DNA of 46,015 nucleotides from the NCBI GenBank assembly GCA_046726415.1, contig JBKPAK010000090.1:1-46015 (forward strand), given 5' to 3'. The first letter of the stretch is position 1, and each line of letters starts with the position of its first letter. Made by a program: the position numbers and the translations under genes. Source of the stretch: Candidatus Methylomirabilota bacterium. GTDB taxonomy: Bacteria; Methylomirabilota; Methylomirabilia; Rokubacteriales; CSP1-6. The notes under the pieces are model-generated. The model saw only the letters and a list, made by a program, of their open reading frames with translations. It was not told the origin of the DNA and did no database searches. This document shows, in pieces, positions 37,554 through 46,015 of the stretch.

Positions 37554-38978
37554 TCATACGTCCCCGCGGCTCGTGTCGTCTCGGCCGGCGGTGAGAAGGC
37601 CCCAGCGGGCGAGCTTGGCCTTGAGGACGTTGCGATGGAGGCCGAGGATACGCGCGGCTTCGCTCTGATTCCATCGAACGCGGTCCAGCACACGGCTGAC
37701 GATCTGCCGCTCGAACTCTTCGGTGGCCTCGCGAAGGGGAAGCATTTCCGCGTGATGCACCGCGTCACGCAAATCGGGCAGGAAGAGGTCGACGGGCAAG
37801 TCGTGGGCGCCGATGACCCCACCATCGACCAGCGCCACCGAACGCTCGACGATGTTCTGAAGCTCTCGGACGTTACCGGGCCAGGAGTACCTATGGAGCA
37901 CGGCCAGGGCCTCGGCGGACATCCCTTCGATCCTTTTGTTGAACGCGTTGTTGTAGCGGCGGATGAAGTGCTCGACGAGAAGGGGGATGTCTTCGCGGCG
38001 CTCGCGGAGGGGCGGCACCACGATGCGCACGACGTTGAGCCGATAGTAGAGATCCTCGCGGAAGCTGCCGCTGGCCACGGCGCGCCGCAAGTCGCTGTTG
38101 GTGGCCGCCAGAATCCGCACGTCGGTGCGGATGGGCCGAGAGCCCCCCACCCGCTCGATCTCTCGCTCCTGGAGCACGCGCAGCAGCTTCACTTGAAGCT
38201 CCGCCTTCAACGTGCCGATTTCGTCGAGGAACAGCGTGCCCCCTTCCGCCATCTCGAACTTGCCCGTCTTGCGCTGATGGGCACCGGTGAAGGCCCCCTT
38301 CTCGTGACCGAACAGTTCGGACTCCAAGAGCGTTTCCGGCATGGCCGCTGGGTTGATGGCCACAAACGGGCGATCGCGTCGGGGCCCCTGGCGGTGAATG
38401 GCCCTCGCCACCACTTCCTTGCCGGTCCCGCTCTCGCCCACGAGGAGGACGGTGGCGGTGGTGCGCCCCATCTGACCGATCAGCCGATAGAGCTTCTGCA
38501 TCTCCGGGTGCTGGCCCACCAGGGCATCGAAGTCGTGCTGGCGCGCCAGCTCCGACCGGAGGAACGCCACTTCGCGCTGGAGGGACTTCCGCTCCAGCGC
38601 GCGACGGACGACGGCCAGGAGCTCATCCTCGTCGAAGGGCTTGGTGAGATAGTCGAGAGCCCCGAGTTTCATGGCCGCCACTGCCGTGCGCACCGTTTTG
38701 ACCGCGGTGACGAGGACGACCTCGACCTGCTCGTCGACGGCCTTGATCTGTTCGAGAACCTGGATGCCATCCATGCCCGGGAGCTTGATGTCGAGGAGGA
38801 CCAGGTCGATCCGGGCGCGCCGGAGGGCCTCCAGGGCTTCGGGACCGCTGGGCGCGTCGAGGACCTCGTGGTCATCCTCGAGGATCAGCCGGAAGGATTC
38901 GCGCAGGCCAGGATCGTCGTCCACGACGAGGACGACCGGCCGCAGGAGACTACTCTCGGCGCGAATCTCGCTGACCAT
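37554..38978 (-). CDS. Sigma54-dependent response regulator (NtrC/AtoC family)
   Basis: Receiver (VVDDD, LLDIKLP, YLTKP), GESGTGKE, ELFGHEKGAFTGA, LFLDEI, WPGNVREL and Fis-type HTH (NQSEAARILGLHR). Confidence 0.96.
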   Translation of the reverse strand: MVSEIRAESSLLRPVVLVVDDDPGLRESFRLILEDDHEVLDAPSGPEALEALRRARIDLVLLDIKLPGMDGIQVLEQIKAVDEQVEVVLVTAVKTVRTAVAAMKLGALDYLTKPFDEDELLAVVRRALERKSLQREVAFLRSELARQHDFDALVGQHPEMQKLYRLIGQMGRTTATVLLVGESGTGKEVVARAIHRQGPRRDRPFVAINPAAMPETLLESELFGHEKGAFTGAHQRKTGKFEMAEGGTLFLDEIGTLKAELQVKLLRVLQEREIERVGGSRPIRTDVRILAATNSDLRRAVASGSFREDLYYRLNVVRIVVPPLRERREDIPLLVEHFIRRYNNAFNKRIEGMSAEALAVLHRYSWPGNVRELQNIVERSVALVDGGVIGAHDLPVDLFLPDLRDAVHHAEMLPLREATEEFERQIVSRVLDRVRWNQSEAARILGLHRNVLKAKLARWGLLTAGRDDTSRGDV

Positions 38979-38990
38979 CGTGCGACCGCT

Positions 38991-40541
38991 CTACCGGGCA
39001 CCTCCGGCGGCACCGTCGGCCGACACCGAGTCGAGGCGATGAAACCCGCTCGGATGGAGCCGCAGTCCTCTCACGTCGGGACGGACGACCGCCCACTGCA
39101 GGCGCACGTAGACAGGCACCCAAAGGAGTTCCTCGGCGAGCATCGCTTGGGCGCGCTGATAGAGGCGCTGGCGCTCGGGGCGAAAGGACAGCTGGCTGGC
39201 GCGGACCAGCACGTCGTCGAGCGTGGCCTGACGCGACAACGAGTACGTTTCGGGACGGGGCATCCGCTGTCGCCCCTCGCTCGTAGACAGCGGATAGAGG
39301 AGAAAATGGGGGTCACCGCCCAGCACGACCGCCTCCGCCAGCACCATCTCGCTGTCGCCACCCGGCACCCGCGAGCGAGGTCCGTCCGGAAGCTCAGTCC
39401 GAACTTGGACGGGAATGTCGACAGCACTGAGCGAGGCCACTACGGTGTCAGCGACCCGCCGGAGATCGAGAACCTCGCTAGGCGGAATGCTCAGGGTGGC
39501 CTTGTGACCTCGGGGCCAGCCACCGTCGACGAGGAGCTTCTTGGCCGCTTGCCGATGCCCGGCCAGGATGGGAGACCCCTCCCGGCGAGCCCATACACCG
39601 GAAGGCAGGAAGGACTGCAGGGGAATGGCATTCCGCGCTAGGGCCGCGCCCAGGGCGGCTGGGTCGATGCCAGTCGCCACCGCCTGCCGGATCTTCTTCC
39701 GGGCGAACGGATCGCGCTCGGTCTGGAAGGCGAGGTAGCCCACGCGGATCCCCGGAATCGACAGCGCCCCCTCGCTCCGGCGGGGCGGGTCGTTCGGAAA
39801 CCACACATCCAGGGCTTGGGCGTCGAGGTCGGCCTCGGCGCGGTCGTCGCTCCCGACGTCGAGGATTACGATGCGTTCGGCGCGGGGCGCGACCGCCCAG
39901 TGACCAGCCTGCGCCTCGAGCACGACACGCCCCGGAGTAGTCTCCGCGATGCGATAGGGTCCGGTGCCAATGAGACGCGAAGCGCCATCCGCCCCGGCCC
40001 CCACTCTCACGACGCCGAAGCCCGGATGGGCGAGCACGGTCAGCAGCACGGCATACGGCTGAACCAGCAGGAACTGAACGGTTCGGGCGTCGGCCGCTCT
40101 CACCTCTTTGATGACCCCAGGGACGCCGCGCAAGAGGGCGGCCCACACGGGTCGGGATGGCGCCCCCCCGCCTTCGGCGCGAAGCTGTCGGGCAAAACTC
40201 TCGGCGACCTCTGCCGCCGTCAGCGGCGTGCCGTCGTGAAAACGAACGCCTTCGCGGATGGTGAACGACCACGTGAGGCCGTCACGGGACACGCTCCAGC
40301 GAACCGCAAGGGCGGGGTCGATATCGGTCGAGGTTGGCGCGTAGGCCACCAACGTCTCGAACACCTGGCGAGCCACGAGGGGGACCGCGCCCGAGAGACC
40401 GGTCGCGGGATCGAGTTCGGTCGGGAGACCTGGGATACCCACGCGAAGCTCACGGCGCGTCTGGGCGGCAGACTCGGTCAGAAATGCGGCAGAAATGAGC
40501 AGAAGTAGACCTACGATCGCACCCCAGCGGCCCTGCAGCAT
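38991..40541 (-). CDS. Second family 5 extracellular solute-binding protein
   Basis: Signal peptide ending ESAA-Q; LPTELDPA, VFETLVAY, WSFTIREGVRFHDGTPLTA and IGTGPYRI motifs. Confidence 0.9.
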   Translation of the reverse strand: MLQGRWGAIVGLLLLISAAFLTESAAQTRRELRVGIPGLPTELDPATGLSGAVPLVARQVFETLVAYAPTSTDIDPALAVRWSVSRDGLTWSFTIREGVRFHDGTPLTAAEVAESFARQLRAEGGGAPSRPVWAALLRGVPGVIKEVRAADARTVQFLLVQPYAVLLTVLAHPGFGVVRVGAGADGASRLIGTGPYRIAETTPGRVVLEAQAGHWAVAPRAERIVILDVGSDDRAEADLDAQALDVWFPNDPPRRSEGALSIPGIRVGYLAFQTERDPFARKKIRQAVATGIDPAALGAALARNAIPLQSFLPSGVWARREGSPILAGHRQAAKKLLVDGGWPRGHKATLSIPPSEVLDLRRVADTVVASLSAVDIPVQVRTELPDGPRSRVPGGDSEMVLAEAVVLGGDPHFLLYPLSTSEGRQRMPRPETYSLSRQATLDDVLVRASQLSFRPERQRLYQRAQAMLAEELLWVPVYVRLQWAVVRPDVRGLRLHPSGFHRLDSVSADGAAGGAR

Positions 40542-40758
40542 CGGCTCAGTTATACGTGGAACCCACGGTGCACGCTACTCGTTTCCGTTCACACCGGCGC
40601 CACAGAGCGCGCGGAATGGAATTTGCTCGTTTCGTGTCGAGAGGGCAAACGCAGCGAGAGTGTGCCGTCCGTGGCGCATCGCGGGAGATGAGAGGGGCTC
40701 GGAGATGCCCGACGGGGAAAAATCATCAGCAATTCAAGCAGATCGTGGCCTGACAACC

Positions 40759-40788
40759 TTGACTTTCTTTTTTTCAGCCGCCTATACT
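40759..40788 (+). promoter_or_regulatory. Sigma70-type promoter of the proteasome cluster
   Basis: TTGACT (40759-40764)-N18-TATACT (40783-40788), followed by SD AGGAGG (40801-40806) 8 nt before GTG 40815. Confidence 0.65.
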
Positions 40789-40814
40789 TCGAGCAGCGGT
40801 AGGAGGCATGCAAA

Positions 40815-42674
40815 GTGGACGACGGCCCACGAGGGAGTCACGAGAGAGGATGGGCTATGAAGGAGTTCGAGAAGAAGGGTAGCCCGGGTCGCGAGGGGCT
40901 CTCCAAGTTCCTGCCCGCATCAATGTCGGACGCTAGCACACGCCGCCGGCTGACCGAGTACGAGATCCAGGTCCAGGACCTCCAGGCTTACGTGCGCTCG
41001 CTAGAGGCAGAGACGGTCCACCTCCGGAAGAAGATCGAGGACTCCCCCAAGGAGTTCATGATCATCGAGAACAAGCTGCGCGAGGCCAATCGCCAGCTCG
41101 TGCAGGCGTTCAATCAGAACGAGAAGCTCGTCAACGCCCTCTACGAGGCGCGGGAGCAGATCACCTCCCTGAAGGAAGAGGTGGACAAGCTGTGCGCGCC
41201 GCCGTCGACGTACGGGGTGTATTTGTCGGTCAACGAGGACGGGACGGTGAATATTCTGGCCCAGGGGCGCAAGGTGAAGGTGAACCTGCACCCCGCGATC
41301 AAGGTGGAGGCGTTGAAGCCCGGGCAGGAGCTGATCCTGAACGAGGGGCTGAATGTCGTGGAGGCGGCCGGCTACGAGATCCAGGGCGAGGTCGTGATCT
41401 TGAAGGAGCAGCTGGACGAGGAGCGCGCGGTAGTGACCCTGCGGGCGGATGAGGACCGGGTGGGGATCATCGCCGACCCGCTGCGGACCCTGCGCCTGAA
41501 GGTGGGCGACCACATCCTGATGGACGCCAAGTCGGGCTACTTGCTGGAGCGGCTGCCCAAGAGCGAAGTGGAGGATCTGTCGCTGGAGGAAGTGCCGGAC
41601 ATCAGCTACGACGACATCGGCGGGTTGAGCACCCAGATCGAGTCGATCAAGGATGCGGTGGAGCTGCCGTATCTGTACGCCGACTACTACAAGGAGCACC
41701 AGCTGACGCCGCCCAAGGGGGTGCTGTTGTATGGGCCGCCGGGCTGCGGCAAGACGATGATTGCCAAGGCGGTGGCCAACAATCTGGCCGAGAAAATCTC
41801 GGAAAAGCGCGGGGAGAAGATCAAGGGGTACTTCCTGAACATCAAGGGGCCGGAGCTGCTGAACAAGTACGTGGGGGAGACCGAGCGGAAGATTCGCGAG
41901 ATCTTCACCAAGGCCAAGGAAAAGGCGGCCGACGACGTGCCGGTGGTGGTGTTCTTCGACGAGATGGACGCGCTGTTCCGGACGCGGGGGACGGGGATCT
42001 CCTCGGATGTGGAGACGACCATCGTGCCGCAGCTGTTGGCGGAGATCGACGGGGTGGAGGGGCTGAAGAACGTCATCGTGATCGGGGCCTCGAACCGGCA
42101 GGACCTGATCGACCCGGCCATTCTGCGGCCGGGACGGCTGGACGTGAAGATCAAGATCGAGCGGCCGGACAAAGGCGCGGCCACCGACATCTTCCTGAAG
42201 TACCTGACGCCGGCCATCCCCATTGCCGCCACGGAGACGCGGCAGCACGGGGGGGCCGCGGCCGCGGCCATCACGGCGATGATCAGTGGCACGGTGGAGG
42301 CGATGTACGCGCTGTCCGAGGAGAACCGGTTCCTGGAGGTGACGTATGCCAACGGGGACAAGGAGGTGCTGTACTTCAAGGACTTCTCCTCGGGGGCGAT
42401 GATCGAGTCGGTGGTGCGGCGGGCCAAGAAGCTGGCCCTGAAGCGGTACATCGGGGCGGGCGAGAAAGGGATCCGGCTGGACGATCTGCTGACCGCCGTG
42501 CGCGAGGAATTCAAGGAGAACGAGGACCTGCCCAACACCACCAACCCCGACGACTGGGCCAAGATCGCCGGCAAGAAGGGCGAGCGGATCGTCTACGTCA
42601 AGCCCCTGATGGGCGAAGCCAAGGAAAAGCAGCGCAGCGTGGAGCGCGTCGTCAACACCGGCCAGTATCTCTAA
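40815..42674 (+). CDS. arc: Proteasome-associated AAA+ ATPase (ARC/Mpa)
   Basis: N-terminal coiled coil, [43 protein letters not shown] and C-terminal GQYL gate-opening motif. Confidence 0.96.
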   Translation: MDDGPRGSHERGWAMKEFEKKGSPGREGLSKFLPASMSDASTRRRLTEYEIQVQDLQAYVRSLEAETVHLRKKIEDSPKEFMIIENKLREANRQLVQAFNQNEKLVNALYEAREQITSLKEEVDKLCAPPSTYGVYLSVNEDGTVNILAQGRKVKVNLHPAIKVEALKPGQELILNEGLNVVEAAGYEIQGEVVILKEQLDEERAVVTLRADEDRVGIIADPLRTLRLKVGDHILMDAKSGYLLERLPKSEVEDLSLEEVPDISYDDIGGLSTQIESIKDAVELPYLYADYYKEHQLTPPKGVLLYGPPGCGKTMIAKAVANNLAEKISEKRGEKIKGYFLNIKGPELLNKYVGETERKIREIFTKAKEKAADDVPVVVFFDEMDALFRTRGTGISSDVETTIVPQLLAEIDGVEGLKNVIVIGASNRQDLIDPAILRPGRLDVKIKIERPDKGAATDIFLKYLTPAIPIAATETRQHGGAAAAAITAMISGTVEAMYALSEENRFLEVTYANGDKEVLYFKDFSSGAMIESVVRRAKKLALKRYIGAGEKGIRLDDLLTAVREEFKENEDLPNTTNPDDWAKIAGKKGERIVYVKPLMGEAKEKQRSVERVVNTGQYL

Positions 42675-42681
42675 TTAATTG

Positions 42682-42702
42682 GGGGGGACGCCGCGTCCCC
42701 CC
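42682..42702. repeat. GC-rich intergenic hairpin (REP-like or terminator)
   Basis: GGGGGGACG-CCG-CGTCCCCCC immediately after the arc stop. Confidence 0.5.
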
Positions 42703-42772
42703 TGAGCCCCCCGGCTCGCGCGCGGAGCGACGTCCCGGGGGGTTCCTTTCTGCAGACAGTGATGAGGGGCGC

Positions 42773-44269
42773 ATGGCCATCCCGAAAGTCATGGGCATCG
42801 AGACCGAGTACGGCATCATCGTCAGGAATCAGCCTGACTTCAATCCGATCCTGTCCTCTCTGCTCCTGATCAACTCCTACGAGACGTATCGCTCGTCGCG
42901 GATCCGCTGGGACTACGAGGCCGAGAGCCCCCTGCGCGATGCGCGGGGGTTCGAATACATGGAGGAGAAGGAGGGGCCGTCGAAGGAGGAATCGCGGCTC
43001 ATCAACCTCATCCTCTCCAACGGCGCGCGCTTCTACGTGGATCACGCGCATCCCGAGTACTCGAGTCCCGAGACGACGAACCCTCGGGACCTCGTCATCT
43101 GGGATCGAGCGGGTGAACGCATTCTCAACCTGGCCCGACAACGGGCGGAAGCCGTCTCCCCGCCGGAACAGCGCATCCTGATCCACAAGAACAACACCGA
43201 CGGGAAGGGCAACTCGTACGGCACCCACGAGAACTACCTGATGGACCGCCGCGTGCCCTTCGCCCGCATCGTGCAGCACATGATGCCGTTCTTTGCAACG
43301 CGGCAGATCTTCACCGGTTCGGGCAAGGTGGGAGCGGAGAACGGGACGGAGCCCTGCGACTATCAGATCTCGCAGCGGGCCGATTTCCTGGAAACGGAGG
43401 TGGGACTGGAAACCATGCACTCCCGCCCCATCATCAACACTCGCGACGAGCCTCATGCCGACCCCGAGAAGTACCGGCGGCTGCATGTCATCGTGGGCGA
43501 TGCCAACATGAGCGAGGTGACCAACTACTTGAAGACGGGCACCATGGCCATCGTGCTCAGCCTGGTCGAGGACGACGCCATCGATGCGGACTTTTCGCTG
43601 GACAATCCGGTAGCCACCTATCGCGCGGTCTCCCGCGATCTCACGTGCCGCGAACCCGTTCGTCTGAAGGACGGCCGCACCATCAGCCCCATCGATCTCC
43701 AACGGGAGTTTCTGGCCCTGGCCCACCAGTACTACCGGAGCCGCGAGCACGAGGCTTGGGTGCAGGATGTTCTCGCCCGCTGGGAGCGCGTGCTCGACCA
43801 CCTGGCCGAAGATCCTATGCAGCTCGGGCGTGAGCTGGACTGGGTCATCAAGTACCAGCTCATCGACAACTACACGGCCAAGCACGACTTGGAGTGGAAC
43901 GACTCCCGTGCGCAGATGATCGACCTCCAGTACCACGACATCCGTCCCGGCCGGGGGCTCTACTACAAGCTGGAGGAAGCGGAGGCGGTGGAACGAATGG
44001 TCACCGATGACGAGATCTCCAAGGCCATCTACGATCCACCCAAGGATACGCGCGCCTACTTTCGCGGCATGTGTTTGCAGCGCTACGCGGACGAGATCGT
44101 CTCGGCGAGCTGGGACTCGGTAATCTTCGATCTCAAGGAAGGGCCGCTGAAGAAGATTTTCATGCTGGAACCCCTGCGGGGCACGGAGGCGCACGTCCGT
44201 CAGCTCCTCACCGAGTCGCCCACCGCGAGCGCGCTCCTCAAGAACATCTCCTCCAAGACCACTCCCTGA
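42773..44269 (+). CDS. dop: Depupylase/deamidase Dop
   Basis: GIETEYGI, NGARFYVDHAHPEYSSPE (Dop-type rather than PafA-type), KNNTDGKGNSYGTHENY, RPIINTRDEPHAD, DLQYHD and TRAYFRG. Confidence 0.92.
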   Translation: MAIPKVMGIETEYGIIVRNQPDFNPILSSLLLINSYETYRSSRIRWDYEAESPLRDARGFEYMEEKEGPSKEESRLINLILSNGARFYVDHAHPEYSSPETTNPRDLVIWDRAGERILNLARQRAEAVSPPEQRILIHKNNTDGKGNSYGTHENYLMDRRVPFARIVQHMMPFFATRQIFTGSGKVGAENGTEPCDYQISQRADFLETEVGLETMHSRPIINTRDEPHADPEKYRRLHVIVGDANMSEVTNYLKTGTMAIVLSLVEDDAIDADFSLDNPVATYRAVSRDLTCREPVRLKDGRTISPIDLQREFLALAHQYYRSREHEAWVQDVLARWERVLDHLAEDPMQLGRELDWVIKYQLIDNYTAKHDLEWNDSRAQMIDLQYHDIRPGRGLYYKLEEAEAVERMVTDDEISKAIYDPPKDTRAYFRGMCLQRYADEIVSASWDSVIFDLKEGPLKKIFMLEPLRGTEAHVRQLLTESPTASALLKNISSKTTP

Positions 44270-45097
44270 GTGGCTATGAACGATCGCGGGGGAAATGACC
44301 GCTGGCTCGGCGTGTTTCACGACTACGCCACGTCAAGCTTCCTCGACGTGCTGCGCCGCGACGCCCCCCAGCTCCTGCCGGAATCCATGCCCCTCACCGC
44401 CGGGGCTGCGTCCGAGGTGCCGCACGGCACCACCGTGATCGCCCTTCGCTACCGCGAAGGCGTCATCATGGCTGGCGATCGCCAAGCCACCGCGGGGTTC
44501 CAGGTAGCGAGTCGGCGCATGGAGAAGATCTTCAAGTCCGACGAGCTGTCCGGGGTGGGAATCGCCGGCGCCGCCGGACCGGCCATGGAGATGGCCAAGC
44601 TCTTCCAGACCGAGCTCGAGCACTACGAGAAGGTGGAGGGGGAAAACCTCTCCTTGGAGGGCAAGGCCAATCGCCTGGGCCAGATGGTGCGGTTGAACCT
44701 GCCGGCCGCCCTGCAGGGACTGGTGGTGGTCCCCATCTTCGCCGGGTTCGACGAAAAGGCGGCGGTCGGGCGGCTGTTCAAGTACGACGTGACCGGCGGA
44801 CGCTACGAGGAGACCAACTACGACGCGCAGGGCTCCGGATCAAAGGACGCCCGCGACTCGCTCAAGAAGCTCTGGCGCCGCGACCTCTCTCGCGAGGAGG
44901 GATTGCGGGTCGCCCTCGAGGCCCTTTGGGACGCGGCGGACGAGGACGTGGGCACGGGCGGTCCCGACCTCGTACGGGGCATCTTCCCGACCGTGAAGAC
45001 GATCACCCGCGAGGGATTTACCGAAGTGTCGGAGGAGGATATTCGCCGCATCTACGACGTCATCTTGGCTGATCGGCGTAAGCACGAGGAGGCCTGA
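44270..45097 (+). CDS. prcB: 20S proteasome beta subunit
   Basis: Propeptide ending PHG/TTVIAL (N-terminal Thr nucleophile), MAGDRQAT, ELEHYEKVEG and GSGS. Confidence 0.96.
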   Translation: MAMNDRGGNDRWLGVFHDYATSSFLDVLRRDAPQLLPESMPLTAGAASEVPHGTTVIALRYREGVIMAGDRQATAGFQVASRRMEKIFKSDELSGVGIAGAAGPAMEMAKLFQTELEHYEKVEGENLSLEGKANRLGQMVRLNLPAALQGLVVVPIFAGFDEKAAVGRLFKYDVTGGRYEETNYDAQGSGSKDARDSLKKLWRRDLSREEGLRVALEALWDAADEDVGTGGPDLVRGIFPTVKTITREGFTEVSEEDIRRIYDVILADRRKHEEA

Positions 45098-45100
45098 GGC

Positions 45101-45793
45101 ATGCCGCTGCCGTACTACGTGAGCCCCGAGCAGATGATGAAGGACAAGGCGGAGTATGCCCGCAAGGGCATCTCCCGGGGCCGCTCCATCGTCGTGCTCG
45201 AGCATCAGGACGGCATCCTCCTCGTGGCCGAGAACCCCTCGACGTTGCTCCACAAGATCTCCGAGATCTACGACCGCATCGCCTTCGCCGGCGTGGGCAA
45301 GTACAACGAGTTCGAAAACCTTCGCATTGCGGGGATCCGCCACGCCGACGTCAAGGGATACTCCTACAGCCGGGGCGACGTCACCGCCAAAGCCCTGGCC
45401 AACGCCTACTCGCAAGCCCTCGGCAATATCTTCACCCAGGACATCAAACCGTTCGAGGTGGAGGTCTTGGTGGCCGAAGTGGCCCACGGAAATGGGACGC
45501 GCAGCGAGATGTATCACATCCTCTACGACGGGACGATCGAGGATGAGCGCAATTTCGCGGCCATGGGGGGTCAGGCTGACGACATTCGGCGCTTCCTACG
45601 CGACAACTACCGCGAGAACCTCCTGTTGGCCGAGGCCCTTCAACTCGGCGTGCGCGCCCTCACCGTGACCCAGAACAAGTCGCTCAGCGAGAAGGACCTG
45701 GAGGTGGCGGTGCTCGACCGCACGCGACCCCGCCGAACGTTCCGCCGCATCAGCGCCGAGCAGCTCGGTTCCCTGCTGGACACCACCCGCTAG
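45101..45793 (+). CDS. prcA: 20S proteasome alpha subunit
   Basis: YYVSPEQMMKDKAEYARKGISRGRS, KISEIYDRI, GYSYSRGDV and LEVAVLDR. Confidence 0.96.
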   Translation: MPLPYYVSPEQMMKDKAEYARKGISRGRSIVVLEHQDGILLVAENPSTLLHKISEIYDRIAFAGVGKYNEFENLRIAGIRHADVKGYSYSRGDVTAKALANAYSQALGNIFTQDIKPFEVEVLVAEVAHGNGTRSEMYHILYDGTIEDERNFAAMGGQADDIRRFLRDNYRENLLLAEALQLGVRALTVTQNKSLSEKDLEVAVLDRTRPRRTFRRISAEQLGSLLDTTR

Positions 45794-46000
45794 ATCATCG
45801 AAGGACCCTCGACGGAGATTACTCCGACACGCCTCGAGACCGTGATACCCTGACCCTTGAAGTGAGATCGGTGAGACGAACGGAGCCCGGCATGTCCATC
45901 GCTCGTACGCACGGCTCGAGCCTCTCGGAAGAAATGACCACAGTGCCCAGGCTGCCCATCGCTCCACCCCGGCGAGAGCCGTGCTAGCCCCGTCGTTGCC

Positions 46001-46015
46001 ATGAAACGCCGGATC
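46001..46015 (+). CDS. pafA: Probable 5' end of Pup ligase PafA (truncated by window edge)
   Basis: ATGAAACGCCGGATC = MKRRI, matching the usual PafA start (MxRRIxGxETE) at the usual position after prcA. Only 5 codons are visible. Confidence 0.55.

Noticed and set aside
37182-39641. Long antisense ORFs (819 aa here; also 13763-15718, 42671-44320, 1114-2661 and others)
   Set aside because: Shadow frames of well-supported genes, as expected in high-GC DNA; no motifs.
44071-44298. 75-aa ORF overlapping the dop/prcB junction as a possible Pup/UBact
   Set aside because: Ends SRGK rather than GG[EQ], lies almost wholly inside dop in another frame, and lacks Pup-like composition.
45891-45986. Short ORF (MSIARTHG...RREPC) between prcA and the probable pafA
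   Set aside because: No GG[EQ] terminus or recognisable motif, and only a weak SD.

Overview
High-GC bacterial chromosomal window, with no rRNA, tRNA, CRISPR array or transposase that I can recognise. A diderm, possibly Rokubacteria/Methylomirabilota-like host is only my inference from gene style and content. Left end: a 5'-truncated mosaic repeat protein (YWTD-like propeller, pentapeptide repeats, NHL repeats, SH3-like tail), two oxidoreductases, and a coxG-coxM-coxS-CoA ligase-HpaB-like catabolic block with no molybdenum large subunit. Middle: a housekeeping run (aminotransferase, coaD, rsmD, recG, rpmB, rel, secF, secD, yajC, tgt, queA, bfd-bfr, csaA, spoIID-like, ruvBAC, yebC), interrupted by an orphan AbiEi-like gene followed by two unannotated 12-13 aa lysine-rich micro-ORFs with identical strong Shine-Dalgarno sites. 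Right end: a Pup-proteasome cluster (arc, dop, prcB, prcA, probable pafA start) with no pup gene at its usual place. The most interesting locus is 32468-40541 on the minus strand: family-5 binding protein, NtrC-type activator, a near-consensus sigma54 promoter, an unannotated 45-aa signal-peptide-bearing precursor (MTKLWAVLLVLASFVLVAPVVESGSFSSLNLFAAVGNADAGGGGE), a second family-5 binding protein, an NtrB-like sensor kinase and a hybrid kinase, with no ABC permease or ATPase. This layout fits a self-amplifying peptide-pheromone (quorum-sensing-like) circuit. That function is inference and untested.
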